This document shows positions 37,501-47,600 of a stretch of 64,000 bases of DNA, in pieces (the first letter of the stretch is position 1; each line of letters opens with the position of its first letter). The translations under genes and the position numbers were made by a program. The stretch spans positions 221,278,001 to 221,342,000 of the forward strand of contig NC_091288.1 in the NCBI RefSeq assembly GCF_032444005.1, in the 5' to 3' direction. Below the pieces are notes generated by a model, which ran no database searches, was not told where the DNA came from, and worked only from the letters and a program-made list of their open reading frames with translations. The stretch comes from Ranitomeya imitator. Its lineage: Eukaryota.

Positions 37501-40500
37501 CCTGTGTTATCTGCTGTATATAGAGGTGTTATCAGTCATTGTACAGGAGGAGGAGGTGAGCTGTGACATCACCTATAGTGAATGGTGGATCCTGTGTTAT
37601 CTACTGTATATAGAGTTGTATCAGTCATTGTACAGGAGGAGGAGGTGAGCTGTGACATCACCTATTGTGAATGGTGGATCCTGTGTTATCTACTGTATAT
37701 AGAGTTGTATCAGTCATTGTACAGGAGGAGGAGGTGAGCTGTGACATCACCTATTGTGAATGGTGAATCCTGTGTTATCTGCTGTATATAGAGGTGTTAT
37801 CAGTCATTGTACAGGAGGAGGTGAGCTGTGACATCACCTATTGTGAATGGTGGATCCTGTGTTATCTGCTGTATATAGAGGTGTTATCAGTCATTGTACA
37901 GGAGGAGGTGAGCTGTGACATCACCTATTGTGAATGGTGGATCCTGTGTTATCTGCTGTATATAGTGGTGTTATCAGTCATTGTACAGGAGGAGGTGAGC
38001 TGTGACCAACTATTGTGAATGGTGGATCCTGTGTTATCTACTGTATATAGAGGTGTTATCAGTCATTGTACAGGAGGAGAAGGTGAGCTGTGACATCACC
38101 TATTGTGAATGGTGGATCCTGTGTTATCTACTGTATATAGAGATGTTATCAGTCATTGTACAGGAGGAGGAGGTGAGCTGTGACATCACCTATTGTGAAT
38201 GGTGGATCCTGTGTTATCTACTGTATATAGAGGTGTTATCAGTCATTGTACAGGAGGAGGAGGTGAGCTGTGACATCACCTATTGTGAATGGTGGATCCT
38301 GTGTTATCTACTGTATATAGAGGTGCTATCATTCATTGTACAGGAGGAGGAGGTGAGCTGTGACATCACCTATTGTGAATGGTGGATCCTGTGTTATCTG
38401 CTGTATATAGAGGTGCTATCAGTCATTGTACAGGAGGAGGAGGTGAGCTGTGATATCACCTATTGTGAATGGTGAATCCTGTGTTATCTGCTGTATATAG
38501 AGGTGTTATCAGTCATTGTACAGGAGGAGGTGAGCTGTGACATCACCTATTGTGAATGGTGGATCCTGTGTTATCTGCTGTATATGGAGGTGTTATCAGT
38601 CATTGTACAGGAGGAGGAGGTGAGCTGTGACATCACCTGTTGTGAATGGTGGATCCTGTGTTATCTGCTGTATATAGAGGTGTTATCAGTCATTGTACAG
38701 GAGGAGGAGGTGAGCTGCGACATCACCTATTGTGAATGGTGGATCCTGTGTTATCTGCTGTATATAGATATGTTATCAGTCATTGTACAGGAGGAGGAGG
38801 TGAGCTGTGACATCACCTATTGTGAATGGTGGATCCTGTGTTATCTACTGTATATAGAGGTGTTATCAGTCATTGTACAGGAGGAGGAGGTGAGCTGTGA
38901 CATCACCTATTGTGAATGGTGGATCCTGTGTTATCTGCTGTATATAGAGGTGTTATCAGTCATTGTACAGGAGGAGGAGGTGAGCTGTGACATCACCTAT
39001 TGTGTATGGTGGATCCTGTGTTATCTACTGTATATAGAGGTGTATCAGTCATTGTACAGGAGGAGGAGGTGAGCTGTGATATCACCTATTGTGAATGGTG
39101 AATCCTGTGTTATCTGCTGTATATAGAGGTGTTATCAGTCATTGTACAGGAGGAGGAGGTGAGCTGTGACATCACCTATTGTGTATGGTGGATCCTGTGT
39201 TATCTACTGTATATAGAGGTGTTATCAGTCATTGTACAGGAGGAGGAGGTGAGCTGTGATATCACCTATTGTGAATGGTGGATCCTGTGTAATCTGCTGT
39301 ATATAGAGGTGTTATCAGTCATTGTACAGGAGGAGGAGGTGAGCTGTGACATCACCTATTGTGAATGGTGCATCCTGTGTTATGAGCTGTATATAGAGGT
39401 GTTATCAGTCATTGTACAGGAGGAGGAGGAGAGCTGTGACATCACCTATTGTGAATGGTGGATCCTGTGTTATCTACTGTATATAGAGGTGTTATCAGTC
39501 ATTGTACAGGAGGAGGAGGTGAGCTGTGATATCACCTATTGTGAATGGTGGATCCTGTGTTATCTACTGTATATAGAGGTGTTATCAGTCATTGTACAGG
39601 AGGAGGTGAGCTGTGACATCACCTATTGTGAATGGTGGATCCTGTGGTAAAATTGACTGTTGTGATGGGGCTCCATGAATTCTATGTTCACAACTTGTAC
39701 AAGGGAGTGCCGGAGTGGGGAGATGAGCACAGACGGTTCTCCGTGGTCGTACCCCAGCAGGAGTAGCTGTTATTGTATCATTACCTCTTGCCTGTCACCT
39801 GATTGTATGATCCTACGTGTTGTAATCAATCCTTTTATTGCTTTTTCTGCTTTTGTGTTCTGCGGTAACTCACCGGTCATTGTTCTACAGCCTCGCAGGA
39901 AGGAACGTATCTCGGTGGCATCCTCCTCGATCTGTAATCCTCCACTGTAAATAACAATATAAAATTAACTAATAAATCTTACTGTGGGAAATTGGGTCTT
40001 GTCCCCAATAACTTGCTTTGCTGTCTACATTTGGATCTGTCAATGCAGCGTTAAGGTCATACAGAACTTGTGTGGAACGTGCGGCGTTTCTATGATGAGT
40101 TTTCATCCAGGAAAATTTTCAGTAAATTTTTCTATACAAACCTATGTGAGTTACTGGAGAAGTACTAAACAGAATGCAAGAACAACAGTAAAGACTGACA
40201 CGTGGGCATCCAAAACAGAGACCATTACGAGAGCCCCTCTAGCAGCGTGATGGTGCCCACCCTTCCCCAGGAGCGGAGATTTCCAGTGTAATGTCACAGG
40301 ATTTACCAGTGAACCATCACAGGAACGATGAGGTCTGTGGAATTAGGAGCCAAATCCGTCTCCTCCACTTTCTCTACCAGGTCTTCATATTCCCTGAGTT
40401 TTTCCACCATTTCATCCAGGGGGAGGAAGGATCCTGAGAAGGAAAGAATAAAAGACTGAGTCCACAGATCTCACAGTACCACCGTTGTAGTATCGATAGA

Positions 40501-42954
40501 AGAACTACAGGACATGTGCGGCTATGTGCCCACCATCTGGAATAGTAGTGCTTTGGACGCAGCATATTTTCACCATGTCCAAACCCCGTTGAATCACACA
40601 GATAAATCCGCATGTGTTTATTGAACAATGCGGATTTACCACATCCAATACATTCTCGTGTCTCAGCTGCAGATTATGGACATGTTGTGGGGCTCATAAT
40701 CCCGCACCGCAATTCTGTTTACTCAGCGTCAAAAATAAGCACAGTGGGCATGGGATCTCTATAAATCCATCCACTGTTCTTTTATCATAGAACACAGCAG
40801 TTTGGATGCTTCATCCAAAAGGCTGATATTCCAAATCGTGGGCACATACCCCAAGACTGGGAATGTCACCCATGTATGACTTGGTGGAGGGGCAGGTGCT
40901 GCAGAGAGCAGGAGTCTGGGACAGGACATTCTCACCCATCTATGACTTGGTGGAGGGACAGGGAGCAGGAGTCTGGGATGGGACGTTCTCACCCTTATGA
41001 CTTGGTAGAGGGCAGGAATCTGGGACAGGATGTTCTCACCCATCTATGACTTGGTAGTCGGGCAGGAGTCTGGAATGGGATGCTCTCACCGATCTAAGAC
41101 TTTGTAGAGAGCAGGAGTCTGGGACAGGACATTCTCACCCATCTATGACTTGATAGAGGGGCAGGAGTCTGGGACAGGATGTTCTCACCCATCTGTGACT
41201 TGGTAGAGGGGCAGGAGTCTGGGACAGGATGTTCTCACCCATCTGTGACTTGGTGGAAGGGCAGGAGTCTGGGACAGGACGTTCTCACCCATCTATGACT
41301 TGGTAAAGAGCAGGAGTCTGGGACAGGACGTTCTCACCCATCTATGACTTGGTAGAGAGCGGGAGTCTGGGACAGGACTTTCTCACCCATCTATGACTTG
41401 GTAGAGAGCGGGTTTCTGGGACAGGACGTTCTCACCCATCTATGACTTGGTAGAGAGCGGGAGTCTGGGACAGGACGTTCTCACCCATCTATGACTTGGT
41501 AGAGAGCGGGAGTCTGGGACAGGACGAAATCACCCATCTATGACTTGGTGGAAGGGCAGGAGTCTGGGACAGGACGATATCACCCATCTATGACTTGGTA
41601 GAGAGCGGGAGTCTGGGACAGGACGTTCTCACCCATCTATGACTTGGTAGAGAGCGGGAGTCTGGGACAGGACGTTCTCACCCATCTATGACTTGGTAGA
41701 GAGCGGGAGTCTGGGACAGGACGTTCTCACCCATCTATGACTTGGTAGAGAGCGGGAGTCTGGGACAGGACGAAATCACCCATCTATGACTTGGTGGAAG
41801 GGCAGGAGTCTGGGACAGGACGATATCACCCATCTATGACTTGGTAGAGAGCGGGAGTCTGGGACAGGACGTTCTCACCCATCTATGACTTGGTAGAGAG
41901 CGGGAGTCTGGGACAGGACGTTGTCACCCATCTATGACTTGGTAGAGAGCGGGAGTCTGGGACAGGACGTTCTCACCCATCTATGACTTGGTAGAGAGCG
42001 GGAGTCTGGGACAGGACGAAATCACCCATCTATGACTTGGTGGAAGGGCAGGAGTCTGGGACAGGACGATATCACCCATCTATGACTTGGTAGAGAGCGG
42101 GAGTCTGGGACAGGACATTCTCACCCATCTATGACTTGGTGGAAGGGCAGGAGTCTGGGACAGGACGAAATCACCCATCTATGACTTGGTGGAGGGGCAG
42201 GAGTCTGGGACAGGACGTTCTCACCCATCTATGACTTGGTGGAAGGGCAGGAGTCTCGGACAGGACAAAATCACCCATCTATGACTTGGTGGAGGGGCAG
42301 GAGTCTCGGACAGGACGAAATCACCCATCTATGACTTGGTGGAGGGGCAGGAGTCTGGGACAGGACGTTCTCACCCATCTATGACTTGGTGGAAGGGCAG
42401 GAGTCTGGGACAGGACGTTCTCACCCATCTATGACTTGGTGGAGGGGCAGGAGTCTGGGACAGGACATTCTCACCCATCTATGACTTGGTGGAGGGGCAG
42501 GAGTCTGGGACAGGACATTCTCACCCATCTATGACTTGGTGGAGGGGCAGGAGTCTGGGACAGGACGTTCTCACCCATCTATGACTTGGTGGAGGGGCAG
42601 TTTCTGCAGAGCAGGAGCTTGGAATAGGACATTCTCACCGAGCTGAGCGTAGACTGTGGGTAATTCCTTGGGGAAAATGTCTCTCATGGGTCTGTTGTCC
42701 GCTATGGTGATGTTGGGGGTGAGCTGGTACGTCTTCCTGCCTCCAGTGGGCTCATTGCTGGCGTGCATGACGTATTCTCCTCCCTCCAGGACGTACTTAC
42801 AGGAGTTGATCAGCAAGGACTTCCCAGATCCTATCAGGCCGAACAGCTGAAGAAGCACCCGCTGGTACCCCTGATTACCGTGCACGCCGCCGTCCAGGCT
42901 GAAGTCATGGATATACTTTAACATTTCGTCCACGGACATCTGCGGATTTTCCAT
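25180..42954 (-). CDS. Uncharacterised P-loop NTPase/GTPase-like protein, IFI44/IFI44L-like, 291 aa; complement(join(25180-25541,39874-39944,40307-40433,42639-42954))
   Basis: Four GT-AG exons (316+127+71+362=876 nt) with phases 1,2,1 all compatible. Walker A GLIGSGKS, DNRP at the G3 position, hydrophobic strand + THK at G4, VENYT; AATAAA 27 nt after the TAG (plus-strand TTTATT 25148-25153). Family assignment is from motif memory, not a search. Confidence 0.85.
25650..26003. mobile_element. T2/Kolobok-type MITE with internal hairpins, interrupted by the LTR element (remainder at 31761-31775)
   Basis: Palindrome GGGCAGAGCAAAGTACTGCAGTGC...GCACTGCAGTACTTTGCTCTGCCC 25659-25745; rejoined end GGGGTGACAGGTTCCCTTT is a typical terminus of these frog MITEs. 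Confidence 0.65.
26004..31760 (-). mobile_element. Full-length Ty3/Gypsy chromovirus (Tf1/sushi-like) LTR retrotransposon
   Basis: LTRs 26004-26785 and 30981-31760 (TG...CA), differing by 3 substitutions and one 2-bp indel by eye; [16 protein letters not shown] next to the 3' LTR; GACAGG duplicated at 25998-26003 and 31761-31766; single gag-pol ORF. Confidence 0.97.
26665..30846 (-). CDS. Gag-Pol polyprotein (Gag, CCHC knuckle, protease, RT, RNase H, integrase, chromodomain)
   Basis: Uninterrupted ~1390-aa ORF: CFYCGDSTHAISDC, FVDSGA, YLDDILIFS, VEVDASEIGAGAVL, H..GHPG...CGIC, HISMDFI, EYIVEKILDSR...YLVKWKGY...SW; first ATG at 30846. Confidence 0.97.
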   Translation of the reverse strand: MDIQGLCSSMDNLVINVQKIQDTIDQKSMLEPRIPIPDLFFGDRTKFLSFKNNCKLFLALKPHSSGNPIQQVLIIISFLRGDPQDWAFSLAPGDPALSSVDAFFLALGLLYDEPNSVDQAEKNLLALCQGQDDIEVYCQKFRKWSVLTQWNESALAALFRKGLSEALKDVMVGFPMPAGLNESLSLAIQIGRRLRERKSVHHLAVLPEVKPEPMQCDRTMTRVERQEYRRLNGLCFYCGDSTHAISDCPKRTKRSARSAVIGTVQSKFLLSITLICSLSSFSVMAFVDSGAALNLMDLDYAKRCGFFLEPLRCPIPLRGIDATPLAKNKPQYWAQLTMCMAPAHQEVIRFLVLHNLHDVVVLGLPWLQTHNPVLDWNSMSVSSWGCQGVHGDVPFLSISSSTPSEVPEFLSDYQDVFEEPKSDALPPHRNCDCAINLIPGSKFPKGRLFNLSVPEHAAMRSYVKESLEKGHIRPSSSPLGAGFFFVAKKDGSLRPCIDYRLLNKITVKFQYPLPLLSDLFARIKGASWFTKIDLRGAYNLVRIRQGDEWKTAFNTPEGHFEYLVMPFGLANAPSVFQSFMHDIFREYLDKFLIVYLDDILIFSDDWESHVKQVRMVFQVLRANSLFVKGSKCLFGVQKVSFLGFIFSPSTIEMDPVKVQAIQDWIQPTSLKSLQKFLGFANFYRRFICNFSSIAKPLTDLTKKGADLVNWSSAAVEAFQELKRCFCSAPVLCQPDVSLPFQVEVDASEIGAGAVLSQRGSDCSVMKPCAFFSRKFSPAERNYDVGNRELLAMKWAFEEWRHWLEGAKHRVVVLTDHKNLTYLESAKRLNPRQARWSLFFARFDFVISYLPGSKNVKADALSRSFVPDSPGLSEPAGILKEGVIVSAISPDLRRVLQKFQANKPDRCPAEKLFVPDRWTNKLISELHCSVLAGHPGIFGTRELVARSFWWPSLSRDVRTFVQSCGICARAKPCCSRASGLLLPLPVPKRPWTHISMDFISDLPVSQKMSVIWVVCDRFSKMVHLVPLAKLPSSSDLVPLFFQHVVRLHGIPENIVSDRGSQFVSRFWRAFCGRMGIDLSFSSAFHPQTNGQTERTNQTLETYLRCFVSADQDDWVSFLPLAEFALNNRASSATLVSPFFCNSGFHPRFSSGQVESSDCPGVDSVVDRLQQIWTQVVDNLTLSQEKAQLFANRRRRVGPRLRVGDLVWLSSRHIPMKVSSPKFKPRFIGPYRISEVLNPVSFRLTLPDSFSIHNVFHRSLLRRYVAPMVPSVEPPAPVLVEGELEYIVEKILDSRVSRRKLQYLVKWKGYAQEDNSWVFASDVHAPDLVRAFHAAHPGRPGGSGEGSVTPPQGGGTVVNSVAEFTPVVTSGTAASELPPSGVLVSSLAASLLNST
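31776..32360. repeat. Diverged direct repeat (~180 bp at 31776 and 32174), probably part of an older LTR-like element
   Basis: ACGGGTCYGGAGCCAACCCARATCAG...GCGTAATTCACTTCAGAGGA...TTATATATTTTACT...ACAAAGTATAAAAAGATAT occurs twice. Confidence 0.6.
33280..39645. repeat. 87/90-bp satellite (GTGAGCTGTGACATCACCTATTGTGAATGG...CAGTCATTGTACAGGAGGAG[GAG])n in P-loop gene intron 3
   Basis: About 70 copies; the 29/30-aa periodic pseudo-ORFs give the period. Confidence 0.97.
39874..39944 (-). CDS. P-loop gene coding exon 3 (GGLQIEEDATEIRSFLRGCRTMT)
   Basis: ttgttatttacag| acceptor; |gtgagt donor; 71 nt, phase 2 to 1. Confidence 0.85.
40307..40433 (-). CDS. P-loop gene coding exon 2 (SFLPLDEMVEKLREYEDLVEKVEETDLAPNSTDLIVPVMVH)
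   Basis: ttctttccttctcag| acceptor; |gtaaat donor; 127 nt, phase 1 to 2. Confidence 0.85.
40860..42640. repeat. 49/50-bp satellite in P-loop gene intron 1 whose unit contains the splice-donor sequence
   Basis: Unit GGACGTTCTCACCCATCTATGACTTGGTAGAGAGCGGGAGTCTGGGACA; the last partial unit overlaps the true donor at 42633-42638. Confidence 0.95.
42639..42954 (-). CDS. P-loop gene coding exon 1 (MENPQMSVDEMLKYIHDF...RVLLQLFGLIGSGKSLLINSCKYV...DNRP...YAQL)
   Basis: ATG at 42954; donor G|gtgaga at 42638; upstream acceptor tttatgtttgcag| at 43013. Confidence 0.88.
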
Positions 42955-42979
42955 TTTCTCAGACACTTTAATGAACAAG

Positions 42980-42991
42980 GAAAGTGAAAGT
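42980..42991. promoter_or_regulatory. IRF-element / ISRE-like motif GAAAGTGAAAGT
   Basis: Exact IRF1/2-type consensus 26 nt upstream of the P-loop gene ATG. Confidence 0.5.
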
Positions 42992-44509
42992 GTTCAGACT
43001 TCAGGGTGCGGCCTGCAAACATAAAGCGTGACGAATAATGAAGGACGCACCCTCTGCCTGCTGAACGGAAGACACCAGCTCGTCATCTGCTGACAACCAG
43101 CCTGTATACATGAGAGGTTGTCAAATGCCACCCGGTGATGACATCACTGATATAATTACATTGTGATATAAATAATGGGAGAAAACTACAAATCAGGAAA
43201 CTTTATTTTAATTTATGTATTTTTTATTTCCATTGTTCACAGACAAACTAGATCTAGCGATAGTGTAATAAACCAAAACCTCTAATAATGTATTCAACTT
43301 ATTACTGCTTCTTTCATGGATTTCGTGAAGCTCGCGATGACTTCGCCACGGGATTAAGTGAAGACGGCGGTTATAGATTCTAATTTATTTTTCTTTTTGT
43401 ACCCAACACCGATCCCTGCTGTATAATAGAATAGCCTCGTCACCTACAGAAGGATCCTTCCATGTGGCGGATTGACTGTTACATCACTGACTGCAGCACC
43501 TGTGTGCTCTGGGTTTTCATATGTGACGGGTCGTGGCGGTTTCCTAAGGTCATATTGGGCGGTGGTTAGAGATGAGCAAATCTGTACGATGTGAGTCACA
43601 ATTGCGTTTAATTTGGATTATCATAGCCTGTATAAAAGCAGAGGCAAGGAATGCAGCGGCAGTTTTGTGCCGAGTCGTGATCGCGAGAAGACATCAGTCA
43701 GAAGAAACAGATTGTGTGTGAGACCACAGTAGTGAAGATTAGTGTGTCAGGAAAGATAAGGAGAGCGCGGACAGCGGTGATTGTAGTGCACTTGCTACTT
43801 GTCAGTTACATTTTTTGATGGTTTATGCAGAAGTAATCCAGCAATATTGCTGAAGTAAAAAAAATCTATTAATGTAATTTAGAAACTGCTGAACAAAGTG
43901 TGCGCGTCACAAATGTCTGAAGCGTGCGCGTCACCTGCTCATATATTAGTCTATTTTGACGTACGTACGTGCCACACCAATACTGGTCATAAAGGAATTG
44001 CTTATTACCGCTTACCTAAAAAACAGCTTTTTACATTAACACCCCCTGTGTAACACTGGCACCGCACCTTCCTGGATCATTTTTACATTTTTATAAAGTT
44101 TCTAAACCCCTCTCGGGGCAGAGTTATTGTTGGTACGGGGTGCCGTCCATTTACCCAGAGTCACATATGTGGAGGTCACTTAGACGTGAAAGTGGTCAGA
44201 TGGGGGCGACGCACGTCTTTCCCGGGCACATGGAGGCCTTGCAGAATTTCACATTCCCGTTAAATCATTTTTTTTTTTTTGAAAAATGTGGCAAAGCCGG
44301 AGAATTCCGAAATCACAAGAGCCACTCGTCTAAATCGGAGATAGTGGACCATCGTTATAGATCGGTTTTATACAATGGCCGATATATGATATTTTAAAAT
44401 ATTTCCAATAAAAGATATATTCCAATTAGTGTTATTCAACCTCCTAGGCTTCGGTTTTGGGTACAGAGCCATCGTTTATCACTGGGTCCTTCCTTCGTAG
44501 ATATTTTCT

Positions 44510-44664
44510 TTATTTCTCCTCCGTTACTTTTTTTTCATATCCGGAGAACAGGAACACGTCGGTGGCCAGTGTCCCGAGCTTGGGCTGATTCTTCAGGATC
44601 TCCTTTTTCCGCTCCTCACTGCTGTCCGTCAGGTCATCGATCACCACAATCACGTTCTTCTTTT
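44510..44664 (-). CDS. TIR-like gene last exon (KKNVIVVIDDLTDSSEERKKEILKNQPKLGTLATDVFLFSGYEKKVTEEK*)
   Basis: atacag| acceptor in phase 1 continues the domain; TAA at 44512-44510. Confidence 0.82.
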
Positions 44665-47600
44665 CTGTATTTCGGGAACATAAGATTCTCTCGTTAGAAC
44701 AAAATTAATTATTATAAAAATGGTAAAAAAAAATATGAGAAATAGAATCAGGAAGGATTAGAGATCGGCGTGAAAAATACTCAGAGAAGAACGAGGCGAC
44801 ACCAGGATCCGGACTCGGGTCTCCATCAATATGCTCATGTATTACAGTAATAGACCAATCAGCAGGGGCCGAATCATTGACCAAAGTAATTAATAGTATA
44901 AGGCCAGTCTCACACGTCCAGATAATTCCGGTACCAGAATTATCCGTGTCCGTGTGCTCACGTGGCACATCAGTGTGCCGCCCGTGTGCCGACTAGGTAC
45001 CACACGCACCGTGCAGGAGACCGTGCTACAGTAAGCGTAAGATATGAAAAATCTTTTTTTTTTTTGGTGTTTAAAAAAAGATCCCTGTCCCCAACCCCCT
45101 CCCACCCCCTGTCCCCCCCCCCCCCCTGCTGTTAATAAAATACTTACCCGGCTCCCTCGCTCCTTCTTCTCGCCGCAGCTTCTCCTGTATGAGCGGTCAC
45201 GTGGTGCCGCCCATTACAGTGATGAATGTGCGGCTCCACCCCTATGGGATGGCGCCAGACAATAACCAAATATTACCATTATATACCATATAGTGATGAT
45301 ACTGATGACTGATCACAACCACTGTAGTGGGGCTGATATCTCCGCCATTCAGTGACCATATCATGGTAATAGTTCACATCAGTGCTCGGCTCATATACAT
45401 CCAGTGGTGCGCATTGATCCTAGTTAATCACTTTCCCTTTTCTTCTCCGTTCGGCCCAGACCGCCATGACCACTTCTCCCATCCATAACTCGGCCCTGCA
45501 AAATGTACCTCGGTTCCTGCTTTTCCCTGATACTGCCACCTGGGCCCTAGACAGTAATATTGCCCCTCGGTGACCTGCACAGTAATTGTACCCTCCTTTT
45601 GTGTCCCACACAATCATTATGTGATTAATTTGGGGACTGATTTATTTTGCCTCATTTAGAAGAACAAAAAGAAGTGAGAGGTCCGACTTACTCAGGGCCG
45701 GCTCCAGGATTACTCAGGCCCACAGCCCGTCTTTCTTTTTGATTTTTCCTCCTCACTGCAGTCATTGTATCAGAGATTTGTTTTTTTTTTGTGATACAAA
45801 TGTTTTCATCATCACCATTTTGATATCTTTATGATCTTTTTTTTACTCAATTTATTAGGAGGCAAAGTGTCCACAAAACGATTCATTTTGGCGTCCACTG
45901 TATGGGGTGGATATTATGATATTTTATTAGTTTGACCACTTACGGACTATAACAAATAAATGATATTGGTCCCCCTTGGGATTGTAATATTGCAGTGTAA
46001 TATAAAACTACCATCCTTCTGTGGCTCGGAGTCATAGGTGTACAAATATGGATGACAGTAGCCTTCACTAGACCCCTTTCCAGTGCCCGATACCTCAGAA
46101 TCGTCAGTCAGTCCGTCCTCTCCCACGGTCCCATCACTATCTCTTACCAAGCCTTGAGGACAGATATTGTAGCTCCTCGTCATACAGAGAGTCTGTGACA
46201 TCCGTGAGATTGACTCGTCCTCTGTTCTGGGTATGATACAGGATCCCAAAGTCACACCTCGACACGCTACTCGAGAACTCGGAGGACCCGTTGTTGGTGA
46301 TACAACAAGGCCGGACGCTCTTTACAAAGGACTCTGATGTCAGTCTTGTCTTCAACCATTCATATTCACTCTCTGCTGACCTCGAAAATATCCCCACTTT
46401 TACCTTGTGAAAATAAGAATATAAAAGCCATTGTAACTATAGAAAGTTAATCACTGCATAGAAAGTCAGTCACTGACTGCTTCTTATTGTCTTGACGTCT
46501 CTGAGTCTCTTTCTTAAAAATGTTAAAAATGTCATGGCACATTTTTTAACTGGTGTAAAGTGGACACTACAAGGATCTGTACTGGGAGCAGTGAAAACCA
46601 CCAGGATCTATACTGGGAACAGAGGAGACCACATTGATCTGTACTGAGAACAGAGGAGACCACATTGATCTGTACTGGCAGCAGAGGAGACCACATTGAT
46701 CTGTACTGGGAACTGAGGAGACCACATTGATCTGTACTGGGAACAGAGGAGACCACATTGATCTGTACTGGGAACAGAGGAGACCACATTGATCTGTACT
46801 GGGAACAGAGGAGACCACATTGATCTGTACTGGGAACAGAGGAGACCACATTGATCTGTACTGGGAACAGAGGAGACCACATTGATCTGTACTGGGAACA
46901 GAGGAGACCACATTGATCTGTACTGGGAACAGAGGAGACCACATTGATCTGTACTGGGAACAGAGGAGACCACATTGATCTGTACTGAGAACAGAGGAGA
47001 CCACATTGATCTGTACTGGGAGCAGAGGAGACCACATTGATCTGTACTGGGAACAGAGGAGACCACATTGATCTGTACTGGGAACAGAGGAGACCACATT
47101 GATCTGTACTGGGAGCAGAGGAAACCACATTGATCTGTACTGAGAGCAGAGGACACCACAAGAATCCTGACTGGGAACAGTGAGATCCACAATGATCTAT
47201 ACTGTGAGCAAATGGAACCACAAGGATCTCTATGGGATTTAGTTCTGAGCTCCACATTCTAAAACTTATATAGAATAGCTGGAGAAGGTTCAGGATTGGG
47301 CAACTAAGCCCCATGTACCAATGGGATGTGAGGTATCTCCTATAATGAACAGATTCTAACAAACTAAATTTGTCAAATTAAAAAAAATCAGCTCCTTCTC
47401 TCCCGTCTCCTCGCACCTGTCCATGCCGGTTCCTCCACCACCCGGTCTTCCTAAGTGCTCCCTTTGACCTTCTTTGATTACAAATACTTTCAGGTCTTCT
47501 GTCCTCTCAGACAGCCACCAGGCCTCATGGAGTTACATAGGGCGTAACTCGTCTGACATTAAGGACCTGCGTCATGTCTCACACAGTTGACTGCTTGGGA

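Noticed and set aside
33281-39650. Repeating VSCDITYCEWWILCYLLYIEVLSVIVQEEE peptides as a membrane repeat protein
   Set aside because: Frequent stops and frameshifts between units; a non-coding satellite.
45690-45770. DCSEEEKSK peptide echoing DSSEERKK of the TIR-like last exon
   Set aside because: Short, bounded by stops; could be a decayed duplicate but is not distinguishable from chance.
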